42,590 nt of DNA from Bdellovibrionota bacterium FG-1. GTDB lineage: Bacteria > Bdellovibrionota > UBA1018. Location: the NCBI GenBank assembly GCA_051382295.1, contig JBBCAW010000066.1, positions 1 to 42,590 of the forward strand, read 5' to 3'. Below the pieces are notes generated by a model, which had not been told where the DNA came from, did not search any database, and saw nothing but the letters and a program-made list of their open reading frames with translations. Made by a program: the position numbers and the translations under genes. The number at the start of each line of letters is the position of its first letter. The stretch's first letter is position 1. This document shows positions 17,392 to 27,008 of the stretch, one piece after another.

Positions 17392-17976
17392 TTAAAAATT
17401 TCGTCGTACGACGATATCTTCGATAACATCGACCAGTGGGTCTTTTTCGATGTCTTGTGTTTTGAATAAAGACTGTTCAGGACTTGAAACAACCGGTGCC
17501 CAGGCTAATTCATTACAGTCCATCTTGAGGGAACAGGTTTTTTGCCGGATATTTCCGGTGATGTGGTAGTCGAAGCAGCGATCGGGTACCATGCATTCGC
17601 TGACGTCAATGGATTTGCCTTTTTCTAAGGCGCGCAGAGCGGTTTCAGCGCCTTGGTCGGTGATATAAGTCACCAAAGCAGGACCATTATTTAATTCGGT
17701 ATAGAGAAATAAGAAATTCTTGAAGCGAACCGCGCGTTGTAAACCAGCCGCGATGCCTCCCCGAGTGTCGTCCGACCCTCGGTAGATGACCAGGGAGCCA
17801 CGGCGCATTTCGGCCGAAGAATCCTGGGCAATCGGCTCGAGGCTTTTGCCAATTTTTTCGGCGCGTTGATCCAGCTTGGTGTCGGAGTCTGCATAAGCCA
17901 CCATGCTGATCATGCTTGCGCTAGCGGCTAGGGTAGCAACCATCCACAGGGCGTTTTTTGAGGTTCTCATTTTCAT
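17392..17976 (-). CDS. Hypothetical secreted protein
   Basis: Signal peptide ending VAYA-D, GAAAGGA upstream, four Cys in the C-terminal part. No recognised domain; start approximate. Confidence 0.6.
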   Translation of the reverse strand: MKMRTSKNALWMVATLAASASMISMVAYADSDTKLDQRAEKIGKSLEPIAQDSSAEMRRGSLVIYRGSDDTRGGIAAGLQRAVRFKNFLFLYTELNNGPALVTYITDQGAETALRALEKGKSIDVSECMVPDRCFDYHITGNIRQKTCSLKMDCNELAWAPVVSSPEQSLFKTQDIEKDPLVDVIEDIVVRRNF

Positions 17977-18091
17977 AATCCACATTTCCTTTCAATTCCG
18001 ACCGGGATAGTACAGTATATTGATGCAGAGCGCAATTGAAATTTTTTAAATTGTAAGCTTATGAAATTAGCCATTATTTTTATTATTGGGC

Positions 18092-18964
18092 TCAAAACCT
18101 CGAAATATAGGGGCACCGCCGGCAGAGATCTTCGACTAATTTACGATCTCGAAAACCCTGAGCCATTTGCTGTGCTCGTGGACTTTGCAGAATCGCTGAA
18201 ATCGTCTCGGTGGCCAAATTGCCGAGAGCGATCGTTCCGTCTTTATCGAGGCAACAAGGCACCACCGTGCCATCGGCAAGAACTCCAAAATGATTTCGGA
18301 GGCCATAACAGGTGCCGCGTTCTCCCAAGGCCGGTCGTTTCAGATCGGGCCAATCAAATTCAGTATCCAGGTGGAGCGAAAGGCGCTTTTGAATCGGAAC
18401 TTTTTTGTTTTTCCGGACGTCGACCGTGCCCTGGAGGGAAATGCCGAAATTATTTTCAATGCGATCCAAGAGATCCCGATTTTCGCTCAGGGTTCCCTGA
18501 GGTGTGGCTAAGTTCCACAGGCGGTAATTAATAAAAAGATCAGGGCGCTCGATCCAGGCTTGTCGCGTGAACGCAAAAATCCGTTCCAAATAACGGGAGG
18601 GGTCCTGCTCTGGAAAGTTGTCATTAAAACTATGAAGTGAAAAACAGACCTGCCGGATGATGGGATCTAATAAAAGAGCCGCCTGCTTTTCACGAAGCAA
18701 AATCCCATTGGTCACCATAAAAACCGGAACTTTAAATTCCCGACAAACATCCAAGAAAGCCCGCAAATCCGGATGAATCAGGGGTTCGCCCATGAGATGC
18801 AGGCAGATCTGTTGGGTGAGCGGCGCAACCTGCTCAATCACTCGTTGAAACAGGTCCAAGCTCATCATTTGCTTTTCTCGAGCTACTGGGGGGCAGAAGG
18901 AGCATTGGAGGTTGCAAATATTGCTGATCTCGATATTTACTTTTGAAAAAAGTTTAGGCCGCAC
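18092..18964 (-). CDS. Radical SAM protein with SPASM/Twitch domain
   Basis: CNLQCSFC (CxxxCxxC), GEPLIHP, TNG, CYGL, DGTVVPCCLD, C-terminal CRRC. Confidence 0.9.
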   Translation of the reverse strand: MRPKLFSKVNIEISNICNLQCSFCPPVAREKQMMSLDLFQRVIEQVAPLTQQICLHLMGEPLIHPDLRAFLDVCREFKVPVFMVTNGILLREKQAALLLDPIIRQVCFSLHSFNDNFPEQDPSRYLERIFAFTRQAWIERPDLFINYRLWNLATPQGTLSENRDLLDRIENNFGISLQGTVDVRKNKKVPIQKRLSLHLDTEFDWPDLKRPALGERGTCYGLRNHFGVLADGTVVPCCLDKDGTIALGNLATETISAILQSPRAQQMAQGFRDRKLVEDLCRRCPYISRF

Positions 18965-19096
18965 GTTCTAATATTAACACATTTTATGTACCAAATCCCT
19001 AACGCTTTCGATTAGAGTCGACCCCAGGGAGCCTCGCCAAGAGGGCGAAATCAACGCCAAGTGACTCGCAAGTGACTCAGATGAAGTACGCTTGTG

Positions 19097-19112
19097 CGGC
19101 CTGGGTTTTGCT
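19097..19112 (+). promoter_or_regulatory. Possible sigma-54 promoter
   Basis: CGGCCTGGGTTTTGCT with GG (19098) and GC (19110) 12 nt apart, about 40 nt upstream of the TTG at 19151. Confidence 0.3.
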
Positions 19113-19150
19113 CATAGGAGTTGGCTTATCAATGGTAATCGGGGGGTGCT

Positions 19151-20656
19151 TTGAAAAACACATTAATTTATTTGGTGGCTATTTTAGCCTTGGGTGTCGC
19201 TACGATGGTGGGGCTGCATGCGATGGAAATTCGTTCCCTGCAGCAGAAGGGTGCTGAGATCGAGCTTTTTTCGCGCAGACAAGGCATTACGGGTGAGCTG
19301 ATGCTGGAATTGGAAAAGTATCGTCGGCTGAGCAAGGGATTTAGAAGACTTGCCCCTCGTGAAGTGGAGGACATTAAGGAGCATCTGACGGGGGCTTTTT
19401 CAAAGGGCCTGGCAGAACTCGATCAACTCTCCCCGACCCCTCAAGAAAAAGCGCTCGCAGTAGGCTTGGGTGAGCAAATCAATGAGTTCATGTTGTTAAG
19501 CGCGAAACTCGAGCCTCAACTTTACGGCCGTGATGTGTTTGTCAAGGCGGCGGCGCGTGACCTCCAGGAAGGCATGATTTCTAACTTGAGCGGACTTCAA
19601 GATCAGGCGGGCCAGCGGATTAAGCGCGCACGAGCGGAATTAGGACAGCAAATTACCCAGCCGACTCGGTTGCTTGTGGGATCGGCGCTGATCGTTTTAT
19701 GGATGACTGGGCTCATTTTACTCAGAAATTATCTTCGCTTTTCTCGTCCTACGGCTTTCCTGAAAAAAAGGGCGGAGGCCGTTCGGGATCAAAAGGAATT
19801 TGCTAATGTGGCCGTGCAAAAATCCTTGGGTTACGCCTTTGGAGAGGTTGAAAAAATCATCCACGACCTTTCCAAAACCGTTGAAGCCCTTCGGCGTGAA
19901 CGCTACCAGTTTGTCACTGCGATTGCGCGTGATCTTCGCGCGCCTTTAGTGGCCCTTCAAGCGGGTGCAAAATTCTTGCTTCGGTTGCCCGAGCATACGT
20001 CTGAAAATGATCGTAAGGCAGCGGCGGAGGTCGTGGGCCGTTCGGTGTTTCGCCTCTCCAGCACTTTGGACGATTTATCGGACATCGTCGAGCTTGAGCG
20101 TTCGAATTCGATGAAGTTGGACGAGAAGCTGGTCGATGTTTGCTCCCTCATGGCGGCCACCGCGGAGCAGTTGTCCGGTCGCGGTAGTTCCTATCCCATT
20201 CGGGTGAGCTTGCCGAGTACCCCTCTATGGGTTTTGATCGACTCTTCGCGGGTGGAACGGGTCATCGTTCACTTGATATCCAAAATGATGAATCTCATGC
20301 CTCAGGGCGGGACAATCGACGTATCCTTGAATGGCTCTTTGCGGAGCGGCGCTCAAGGGCTTGAAATCGTGATTCAGGACGCTGAGCGACTTACCCACGG
20401 GCGCGGGGCGACGACTGGGCCTGAGCAGGACCTGCTTCGGCATTGGGTCAGCGAAAGTGGATTGGGTATGGCCCTCGTTGAGAAAGTGGTGAAAGCCCAT
20501 GGGGGCACGGTTACGGCTTCGGGAGTGGCGGGCACAGGAGTAACTTTTATTTTGCGACTTCCGCAGGAACGAATGGGCACTGGAAGTGGGGGTATTCCTG
20601 CCTCGTTGCCCATCTCGCTCAAAGCGCCTCGAGTGCCAGTGATCTTCAAACACTAA
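19151..20656 (+). CDS. Membrane sensor histidine-kinase-like protein with degenerate catalytic motifs (pseudokinase)
   Basis: Two TM segments around a periplasmic helical domain, HAMP-like linker, HisKA-like AIARDLRAPL (His replaced by Arg), HATPase-like SGLGMALVEKVVKAHGGTV...GVTFILRLP. Confidence 0.8.
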   Translation: MKNTLIYLVAILALGVATMVGLHAMEIRSLQQKGAEIELFSRRQGITGELMLELEKYRRLSKGFRRLAPREVEDIKEHLTGAFSKGLAELDQLSPTPQEKALAVGLGEQINEFMLLSAKLEPQLYGRDVFVKAAARDLQEGMISNLSGLQDQAGQRIKRARAELGQQITQPTRLLVGSALIVLWMTGLILLRNYLRFSRPTAFLKKRAEAVRDQKEFANVAVQKSLGYAFGEVEKIIHDLSKTVEALRRERYQFVTAIARDLRAPLVALQAGAKFLLRLPEHTSENDRKAAAEVVGRSVFRLSSTLDDLSDIVELERSNSMKLDEKLVDVCSLMAATAEQLSGRGSSYPIRVSLPSTPLWVLIDSSRVERVIVHLISKMMNLMPQGGTIDVSLNGSLRSGAQGLEIVIQDAERLTHGRGATTGPEQDLLRHWVSESGLGMALVEKVVKAHGGTVTASGVAGTGVTFILRLPQERMGTGSGGIPASLPISLKAPRVPVIFKH

Positions 20657-20777
20657 GCACCGCAAAACGGCAAACCAACGCAGTGCATCATGTTTAAAGT
20701 GTGGCTAAAGTCACGCTTTTGACGCTCCCGTGCTGTTTTTATTGACGCACCACACCTCTTTGGGCTACTGCCCACCC

Positions 20778-21296
20778 ATGAAGAAACAAGGCTTAGTGGT
20801 TTTATCTTTTCTGTGTGTAGTCGCCGCGGCCGGCGTGAGTCAGGCTCGCGCGGACCGCATCGAAGATGTTCTGACTGTCAATAATGATGCTCATCCCGAG
20901 ATGGTTTTTACCTTTTCCGTGACTACCAATGACCAGGGTGATTTGACAGGTATTGCCTACGCGACTAATCACGAAAACGTGCACTCGTTTTCACTGGGTC
21001 AGGTGAAAAAAGGTGTGATTTTAATGCACGATGATAGTCACAATTTGAATGTGTTTTCGGTGAGTGCCGAAGAAAGCCTCACTGCTAAAAACGGGGGGTC
21101 CTTTCATCTCATTTACCTTGTGAATGGAATCACCCACCGGTACCAATATTTTGTCTTGGATGTAGTACGCAGTGGGAGTCGGTGGCTGGCCTATACTTCT
21201 AAAGACCGCGGCGCGGTGGCGTTTTCTGAGGTGATTTTGAGGGCGAATCGGTTTCTAGGTCAAATCATTGGGATCAAACGAATCGACATTCGTTAA
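20778..21296 (+). CDS. Hypothetical secreted protein
   Basis: MKKQGLVVLSFLCVVAAAGVSQARA signal peptide followed by a beta-rich mature part. Confidence 0.7.
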   Translation: MKKQGLVVLSFLCVVAAAGVSQARADRIEDVLTVNNDAHPEMVFTFSVTTNDQGDLTGIAYATNHENVHSFSLGQVKKGVILMHDDSHNLNVFSVSAEESLTAKNGGSFHLIYLVNGITHRYQYFVLDVVRSGSRWLAYTSKDRGAVAFSEVILRANRFLGQIIGIKRIDIR

Positions 21297-21365
21297 GGGG
21301 TGGACCTTCTCCCGCCTTGCTCTTATCCTAGTGACTTGGGTACTTTGTACTCAGGGGAGCATCGT

Positions 21366-22505
21366 TTGAGACCATTCAAAATTTTGACGGTAGGAATAGC
21401 GTTGAGTGGGGTTGCTGCGTTAACCTTTTTGGTTTCTTGTACGCCAGTGGCCACTCGCAAGATCGCAAGCCAGCGAATATATAGCAGCTCGCTCGAAGCG
21501 GCCAAGTTAAAGCCAGAGAGTTTACCTTCGACTGAAGTCAAAACCTACGTGGTTCAAAGCTCTTCTGACGATGTGAAGTGGCTCCTTTATGATGGAAAAC
21601 ATTGGCAGCGGACAGTTTCTGGATTGAAAATTGAGACGCCTGAAGAGGTTGATCGTGCTCTAGGTGTCAAGGGCAGTCCTTGCAAATACGCGGGTATGGT
21701 CGAGGTCCGCGGAGAGTTCAAGGTGGACCGGGCCCTTTCTGAACTCAAATATAAAACCGCCGCACGTACGGTTGAAGATCTCCAAAAAACCACCTGCACG
21801 AACTGGATTGCGCGCGAGTATCCGGAGCGGTGTAGAAGTTTTGATCCGGAAAAATGGGAAAACATCGCGCAGACTCTGAAGACCAAACCCCTGCATTTTT
21901 GTATGGATCGCTATGAGTACCCGAATCAAAAAGGGGCTTATCCGATTATCATGGTGAATTGGGATGAGGCGCATCGCCTGTGTGAAAAACAAAGCAAACG
22001 CCTCTGTAATGAAGAAGAGTGGACCTTTGCATGTGAAGGGGAGGAGTCGCTTCCTTATCCTACGGGTTATGAGCGTCTCGTCAAAGGCGATGGTTCTCCC
22101 GAGGCGCCCCGAATTTGTAATATCGATCATCAATGGAAGGTTTTTAACGAAAAAGCCTTGAGCATTTATCGGAATTCCCACACTGAATTGGCCAATCAGA
22201 CTACCGCCAACGAGTTGGAAAGATTGTGGCAAGGAAGAACGAGCGGCACGATGGAAAAGTGTGTCAGTCCGTTTGGGGTTTATGACATGACGGGGAATGT
22301 CGATGAGTGGACGCAAAGCGCCCATTTTTCAAAACCCGCGTCTGAATACCGGGAGGGGGAAATCAGCGTCAAAGGAAACCTGATCTCCATTCTTAAGGGG
22401 GGTTATTGGGGTCCGGTACGAACTCGTTGCCGCCCAGCCACCCGAAGCCATGATCATAATCACATTTTCTATCAGCAAAGCTTCCGCTGTTGCGCGGATA
22501 TCTGA
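21366..22505 (+). CDS. Formylglycine-generating-enzyme (FGE/SUMF1) domain lipoprotein
   Basis: GGGGAG RBS before TTG 21366, lipobox FLVSC, FCMDRYEYP, KRLCNEEEWTFAC, SPFGVYDMTGNVDEW, KGGYW, FRCC. Confidence 0.82.
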   Translation: MRPFKILTVGIALSGVAALTFLVSCTPVATRKIASQRIYSSSLEAAKLKPESLPSTEVKTYVVQSSSDDVKWLLYDGKHWQRTVSGLKIETPEEVDRALGVKGSPCKYAGMVEVRGEFKVDRALSELKYKTAARTVEDLQKTTCTNWIAREYPERCRSFDPEKWENIAQTLKTKPLHFCMDRYEYPNQKGAYPIIMVNWDEAHRLCEKQSKRLCNEEEWTFACEGEESLPYPTGYERLVKGDGSPEAPRICNIDHQWKVFNEKALSIYRNSHTELANQTTANELERLWQGRTSGTMEKCVSPFGVYDMTGNVDEWTQSAHFSKPASEYREGEISVKGNLISILKGGYWGPVRTRCRPATRSHDHNHIFYQQSFRCCADI

Positions 22506-22990
22506 ATCTCAATGATGGGTTTGACCTTGAGAGACCCGAGCATCGCATTAAAAGGTTTGATGCCAAAGTCTCGTTGATCCAATTGAAAGAAAGCGATCAT
22601 CCGCGAGCCATCAGTTTTGAGCGTGCCAATCAACTTGTGGGTTGCGCCACAGAGTGAAAGCTGTCCTTCGATTTGGGTGTTCGTGAGCTGGCTGGACTCA
22701 AAACGAATGGTCGGATACTTGGACGCAAACAGAACGCTCTTTTGAATGTTTGTTTCAATTTCAGCGTTGCCGATAGCCGGGAGAGCGGAAGGCTTGTCTT
22801 TTCCGTCTTTCATCGCACAGACCACCTGAAGCGAGCTGGGATCAAATTCGGCGCGGATCACCCCGGCGTCATCTTCCTCGATTTTGAAACGGGTAACTCG
22901 GAGTTTGAGGTCGTGGGCCACGCCCGACAAAAGGCCTTCTTTGAACGTGTAGATGAGAACTTCGGCTTCGGAGGGACCATAAGTGTGCAT
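22472..22990 (-). CDS. YceI-family protein
   Basis: KEGLLSGVAHDL, YPTIRFES, GQLSLCG, QRDFGIKPF..LGSLKVK. Confidence 0.82.
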   Translation of the reverse strand: MHTYGPSEAEVLIYTFKEGLLSGVAHDLKLRVTRFKIEEDDAGVIRAEFDPSSLQVVCAMKDGKDKPSALPAIGNAEIETNIQKSVLFASKYPTIRFESSQLTNTQIEGQLSLCGATHKLIGTLKTDGSRMIAFFQLDQRDFGIKPFNAMLGSLKVKPIIEIQISAQQRKLC

Positions 22991-23059
22991 GGATCTTATT
23001 TTACATTTTTTTGGTGGGTTTTAGTTGGTTTTATAAGAAGCTTTCATAATAATAGACCT

Positions 23060-23647
23060 ATGCAAATCTGGATTATCTTGGGAGTGGTGGGTTTTGTCGT
23101 CTTGGTGGTGATTGGCATTTATAATCGCTTGGTTCAGCTTCGAAATCACGTGCGCAACGGCTTTTCGCAAATTGATGTCCAGCTCAAGCGTCGTTATGAT
23201 CTCATTCCTAATTTGGTGGAAACCGCGAAGGGCTACTTGGCCCACGAGCGCGAGACGTTGGAAGCGGTGGTGAGCGCTAGAAAGCAAGCCATGGCCGCGA
23301 ATGATAAGGTCGCGGGTAATCCCGTGCAGGCGGGCGCGGTGCAGAGTTTGAATACTGCCGAACAGGCGCTGACGGGCTCTTTGGGGCGGCTTTTTGCTCT
23401 GGCCGAAAGCTATCCTGATCTCAAAGCCAATCAGACGATGGCGCAATTGATGGAAGAACTCACCTCGACCGAGAACAAGGTTTCGTTCTCGCGCCAGGCT
23501 TATAATGACATGGTGATGTCCTACAATACTACGCGTGAAACTTTTCCTTCAGTTTTGCTGGCGGGGCCTTTTGGATTTCAGGCTGCTGACCTCTTTGGCA
23601 TTCAGAACGTCGTAGAACGCGATGCAATCAAGGTATCATTTAAATAA
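23060..23647 (+). CDS. lemA: LemA family protein
   Basis: N-terminal TM, YNRLV, SQIDVQLKRRYDLIPNLVETAKGY, ESYPDLKAN, ENKVSFSRQAYND. The ORF-track extension to 22673 is antisense to yceI. Confidence 0.95.
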   Translation: MQIWIILGVVGFVVLVVIGIYNRLVQLRNHVRNGFSQIDVQLKRRYDLIPNLVETAKGYLAHERETLEAVVSARKQAMAANDKVAGNPVQAGAVQSLNTAEQALTGSLGRLFALAESYPDLKANQTMAQLMEELTSTENKVSFSRQAYNDMVMSYNTTRETFPSVLLAGPFGFQAADLFGIQNVVERDAIKVSFK

Positions 23648-23650
23648 TTC

Positions 23651-24751
23651 ATGAGCGGGCATAATTTTTTTGAACAGCAGGAGCGCAGCCAGAGAAACTC
23701 ATTTGCTCTCGGGTTTTTGATGATTTTTGCAATTGCGGGAGTAATCTTGGCGGCGGACGTCGCATTGACGATTACGCTTTGGGTGATTTATTGCCTGGGT
23801 CATCTTTCGGATGCGATCAGTTCTGAACCCGATCTCGTGGCGATTGGCGATGGGGCTTATCATCTGATTACGCGCCAAACTTGGGTGATTACGAGTGGAA
23901 TTACCCTTGGTATTATTGTTTTAGGGACCTTCCGGCGATTGTTTCAATTGCGAAAAGGTTCGGCCGCGATTGTTAAGCTTCTGAAGGCAAGGCGGGTCCA
24001 TCCCAATACAACGAATTTTGAAGAACATCGGCTTCTTCATGTGGTTGAAGAAATGTCGATTGCCTCGGGGGTGGGCGTGCCACCCGTTTATTTGCTCGAG
24101 AATGAGCCTAAAATCAATGCTTTGAGCGCTGGAAGGTCGGCGGCCGAGGCGGTGATTATCGTGACTTCTGGGGCGATGATGCAGCTCCATCGTGAGGAGT
24201 TGCAAGCCGTGATTGCCCATGAGTTTAGCCATATTTACAGTGGGGATATGGCGCTTAATATGCGATTTGCAGGGATACTCGGGGGGTTTTTTGCCGTCGG
24301 AAATGTGGGCCTTTGGGTGGCTCAGCTTGGCCTTCGAATTGGGGAGGGTGATGCTCTCGCGTTGGTTCTCTTGATTGGATTCTTTGGTGGCTCGATTTTT
24401 GCGGTGGGGCTGGTCGGTGTTTTTGGCGGCCGGTTAATTAAGAGTGGAATATCGCGACAACGAGAATTCTTGGCGGATGCGCGGGCGGTTCAATACACGC
24501 GAAACAGCGACGCGTTGGTGGGGGCCCTCAAAAAAATTCAAGCCTATCAGCGGGACGCAAGTGGCGATGCCGAGGGGATCAAGGGTTTTGTGCAAAAAGT
24601 GACGGATTTCATGACGAGTTGGTTTAGGGCGCAAAAATCCGATGAGCTTTCGCATATGTTTTTTTCAGCGATCAAAACGCCAAAGTTTTTTAAGGTTTTG
24701 TCCTCTCATCCATCGTTGGAAGATCGATTAAGAGAACTCGGCCCGCACTAA
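23651..24751 (+). CDS. M48 (HtpX-like) membrane zinc metalloprotease
   Basis: VVEEMSIASG, INA, AHEFSH (HExxH), SRQREFLADA, SSHPSLEDR. Usual partner of lemA. Confidence 0.88.
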   Translation: MSGHNFFEQQERSQRNSFALGFLMIFAIAGVILAADVALTITLWVIYCLGHLSDAISSEPDLVAIGDGAYHLITRQTWVITSGITLGIIVLGTFRRLFQLRKGSAAIVKLLKARRVHPNTTNFEEHRLLHVVEEMSIASGVGVPPVYLLENEPKINALSAGRSAAEAVIIVTSGAMMQLHREELQAVIAHEFSHIYSGDMALNMRFAGILGGFFAVGNVGLWVAQLGLRIGEGDALALVLLIGFFGGSIFAVGLVGVFGGRLIKSGISRQREFLADARAVQYTRNSDALVGALKKIQAYQRDASGDAEGIKGFVQKVTDFMTSWFRAQKSDELSHMFFSAIKTPKFFKVLSSHPSLEDRLRELGPH

Positions 24752-25884
24752 ATTCCAGAAGCGTAAGAACTTGTCCAGACTTGGCTGAATACTCGATCCA
24801 GTTGGCCTGCGATGCCGGGATTCGAAACGATGAGTCCCACATCCCGGGAACTTAAAAAATATCCCTTGCTCCAGTTTTCGGTGCCCACCCAGGCTGACGA
24901 CCCGTTGTCGATCACGAGGTATTTGCTGTGTACGAGACGGGCAAAGTCGATAGCGCCGCCCGACCAGGCCGGAAGGGTGGCAGCTTTGACCTCAATGTTG
25001 GGCACCGCGGCCAGGCTCGCAAGATCTGCTTTGGCGCTCTTGACGTGTCCGATGTCGAGCAGGAGTTGGACTTTGATCCCCGAGCGCGCGGCCTTGCGAA
25101 GCGCATCGTCGAGATCGCGCCAGTGGCCAGCAGTTGAATATGCCATCACTTGCACGCGCACGGACTGTTTTGCTGAGGCGATCAGTTTGATGATCGATGA
25201 AAGCGAATCGGGGATGCCTGCAGGGTTTGTTTGGGGAGGGGAGGCTACAACCGTTGCCCAATTTTCTTGCGAAGCGCTGGGAGATTCAGTTGGAGTGATG
25301 GCACTTGCCGCAGGCGTTGAGGTGGTCGCAGCGGCCCAGTCTTTTTCGAAAATACGGCCCAGATCCGAAATTACAGTGGATTCGGTAAGGCGCAGTCCAA
25401 TTTCATGAATATGGTCCAGCGCGCGCCAATCGAAATTTTGACTGCCCACGAAGGCTTGCTTTCCGTCGATGATGAAGAACTTGGCGTGCTGAATGCCGCC
25501 GGAACTCGCATAACTGATCAGGCGCGCTTCACAGCCGGGAGTCTTGCCGATCTCGGCGACTGTTTCGGGATAGGTCTTGGCCATTTTTGTGTCGGCCATA
25601 AGGCGTACCTTGACGCCGCGTTGGGTGGCGGCGGCTTTGATGGCCTGGATGACTGGATCGAGCGACTGTCCGGCTTGGTTGCTGATATAAAACTGTTCGA
25701 TATCGATGGTTGATTTGGCGCCGTTGATCATTTCCAGCCAGACTTCTTGCGCCAGACGGATGCCAGGTACCGTGAGCGTCGTTTCGAGGGGGACGGACTG
25801 GACGACCTCGATCGGGATGTCGGAGCCCGCGTAGGCGGTTGCGCAGACGAGTAGAATCAAAAGTGAAAAGGCACGGTATTTCAT
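24748..25884 (-). CDS. Secreted phospholipase D-family protein
   Basis: Signal peptide ending AYA; two HKD motifs, HAKFFIID...GSQNFD and HSKYLVID...GTENW. Confidence 0.9.
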   Translation of the reverse strand: MKYRAFSLLILLVCATAYAGSDIPIEVVQSVPLETTLTVPGIRLAQEVWLEMINGAKSTIDIEQFYISNQAGQSLDPVIQAIKAAATQRGVKVRLMADTKMAKTYPETVAEIGKTPGCEARLISYASSGGIQHAKFFIIDGKQAFVGSQNFDWRALDHIHEIGLRLTESTVISDLGRIFEKDWAAATTSTPAASAITPTESPSASQENWATVVASPPQTNPAGIPDSLSSIIKLIASAKQSVRVQVMAYSTAGHWRDLDDALRKAARSGIKVQLLLDIGHVKSAKADLASLAAVPNIEVKAATLPAWSGGAIDFARLVHSKYLVIDNGSSAWVGTENWSKGYFLSSRDVGLIVSNPGIAGQLDRVFSQVWTSSYASGI

Positions 25885-26753
25885 TTCCAAACCTCATTGA
25901 TGGAGTTCGCGATTGCGTCGTTTTGTTTGAGACTGCCCAGGCCGAGTTCTTCTTCAATGGTCCGAAGCAAGCTGTAGTGATTGTAAGTCAGCGCCGAGGT
26001 CGAGCCGGCTTTGATTGAATCCCCGTAGAGGATCGTAGCGATGTGGTTGCCAACGTAGGTCTCGCTTTCGTCGTAGGTCACGACAAAGAGTAGGTCCTTC
26101 ATAAAGTTGGGATCTTCCAAGAGCTTGCCGAAACGATCGGACATCCATTGGTCAGAAAAAGCGGGGGTGGTATTATGACCATCATTGCGGAGATTGGGAA
26201 TATAGAGCGAGAACTCCGGAAGGGTGCCCATTCGCAGATCGGTTTCAAGTTCGGAGGCCTCAACGATTTGGTCGCAACGTTGCGCGTCGGTTTGCACATT
26301 TTTAAAACTCAAGAAGGGGACGTGCTTGCGTGCGTAGTCTCCGGAAGTGGCTCCTAGAAAACAGCTGCCTGGAAAATTTTCAGCATAGGTCTTCCAGCGC
26401 ATTCCTTTTGCTGCAAGTAGATCGCCGATGTGTTGTGCATTGACGGTGACATTGGAATCCCCCGTCACGCCTTGCGTGGCACCCGAGATGAGTGCGATAT
26501 AGTTGGGCTGCGAAGGATGAGCGACGCCGTTAAATTGAGTGAGGAGGCCACCCTTGAACGCCAACTGGGCTTGAAAGGGCTGTTTGAGCGCGTCTTCGTA
26601 GTTGGTATTTTCCAAAATGACGATAAAGATTTTTTTGAAATGAGTGCCTGGATTAACGAGGGGTATACTAGGCGGAAGCTTGCAGGCAAACAGGACAGCG
26701 ATGACAGATAAAGCCCCGATGAAACGTAAGCCTTTGCGATGAATGTAGTTCAA
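25881..26753 (-). CDS. Phosphoesterase/acid phosphatase-family lipoprotein
   Basis: GGGGGA RBS before TTG 26753, lipobox VLFAC, IVILEN, HPSQPNYIAL, YARKHVPF, NDGHN, VTYDE, YNHYSLLRTIE. Confidence 0.85.
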   Translation of the reverse strand: MNYIHRKGLRFIGALSVIAVLFACKLPPSIPLVNPGTHFKKIFIVILENTNYEDALKQPFQAQLAFKGGLLTQFNGVAHPSQPNYIALISGATQGVTGDSNVTVNAQHIGDLLAAKGMRWKTYAENFPGSCFLGATSGDYARKHVPFLSFKNVQTDAQRCDQIVEASELETDLRMGTLPEFSLYIPNLRNDGHNTTPAFSDQWMSDRFGKLLEDPNFMKDLLFVVTYDESETYVGNHIATILYGDSIKAGSTSALTYNHYSLLRTIEEELGLGSLKQNDAIANSINEVWK

Positions 26754-27008
26754 AGAGAATCCCCCCAGATTCAGCAGTACGCTAAGCAGGTTATGTGCCG
26801 CAGGCTGATTCGGCAAGTGAGGGAGCGGATTTTTTTGAACACTGTGATTGCGAGGGCTTAATGCAATGTATAAAAATAAGGCAGAAACAGCGCACAGCGT
26901 AATGTAGGGTCATATTTTCCCCATGGTGTCGTTTTGTTCAGCAAACGTGGCTTCGGGATCCGGGGTGAACCCCTACTGAAACCATCAACCCCGCTCAAGG
27001 CTTTTCAC

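Noticed and set aside
18092..18964. RiPP maturase system around the radical SAM/SPASM gene
   Set aside because: No precursor peptide, RRE domain, transporter or protease is adjacent; it appears stand-alone.
22673..23059. N-terminal extension of LemA
   Set aside because: It lies antisense to yceI. LemA homology starts at ATG 23060.
24812..25408. 198-aa plus-strand ORF and similar antisense ORFs elsewhere
   Set aside because: They are shadow ORFs opposite well-supported genes and carry no recognisable motifs.
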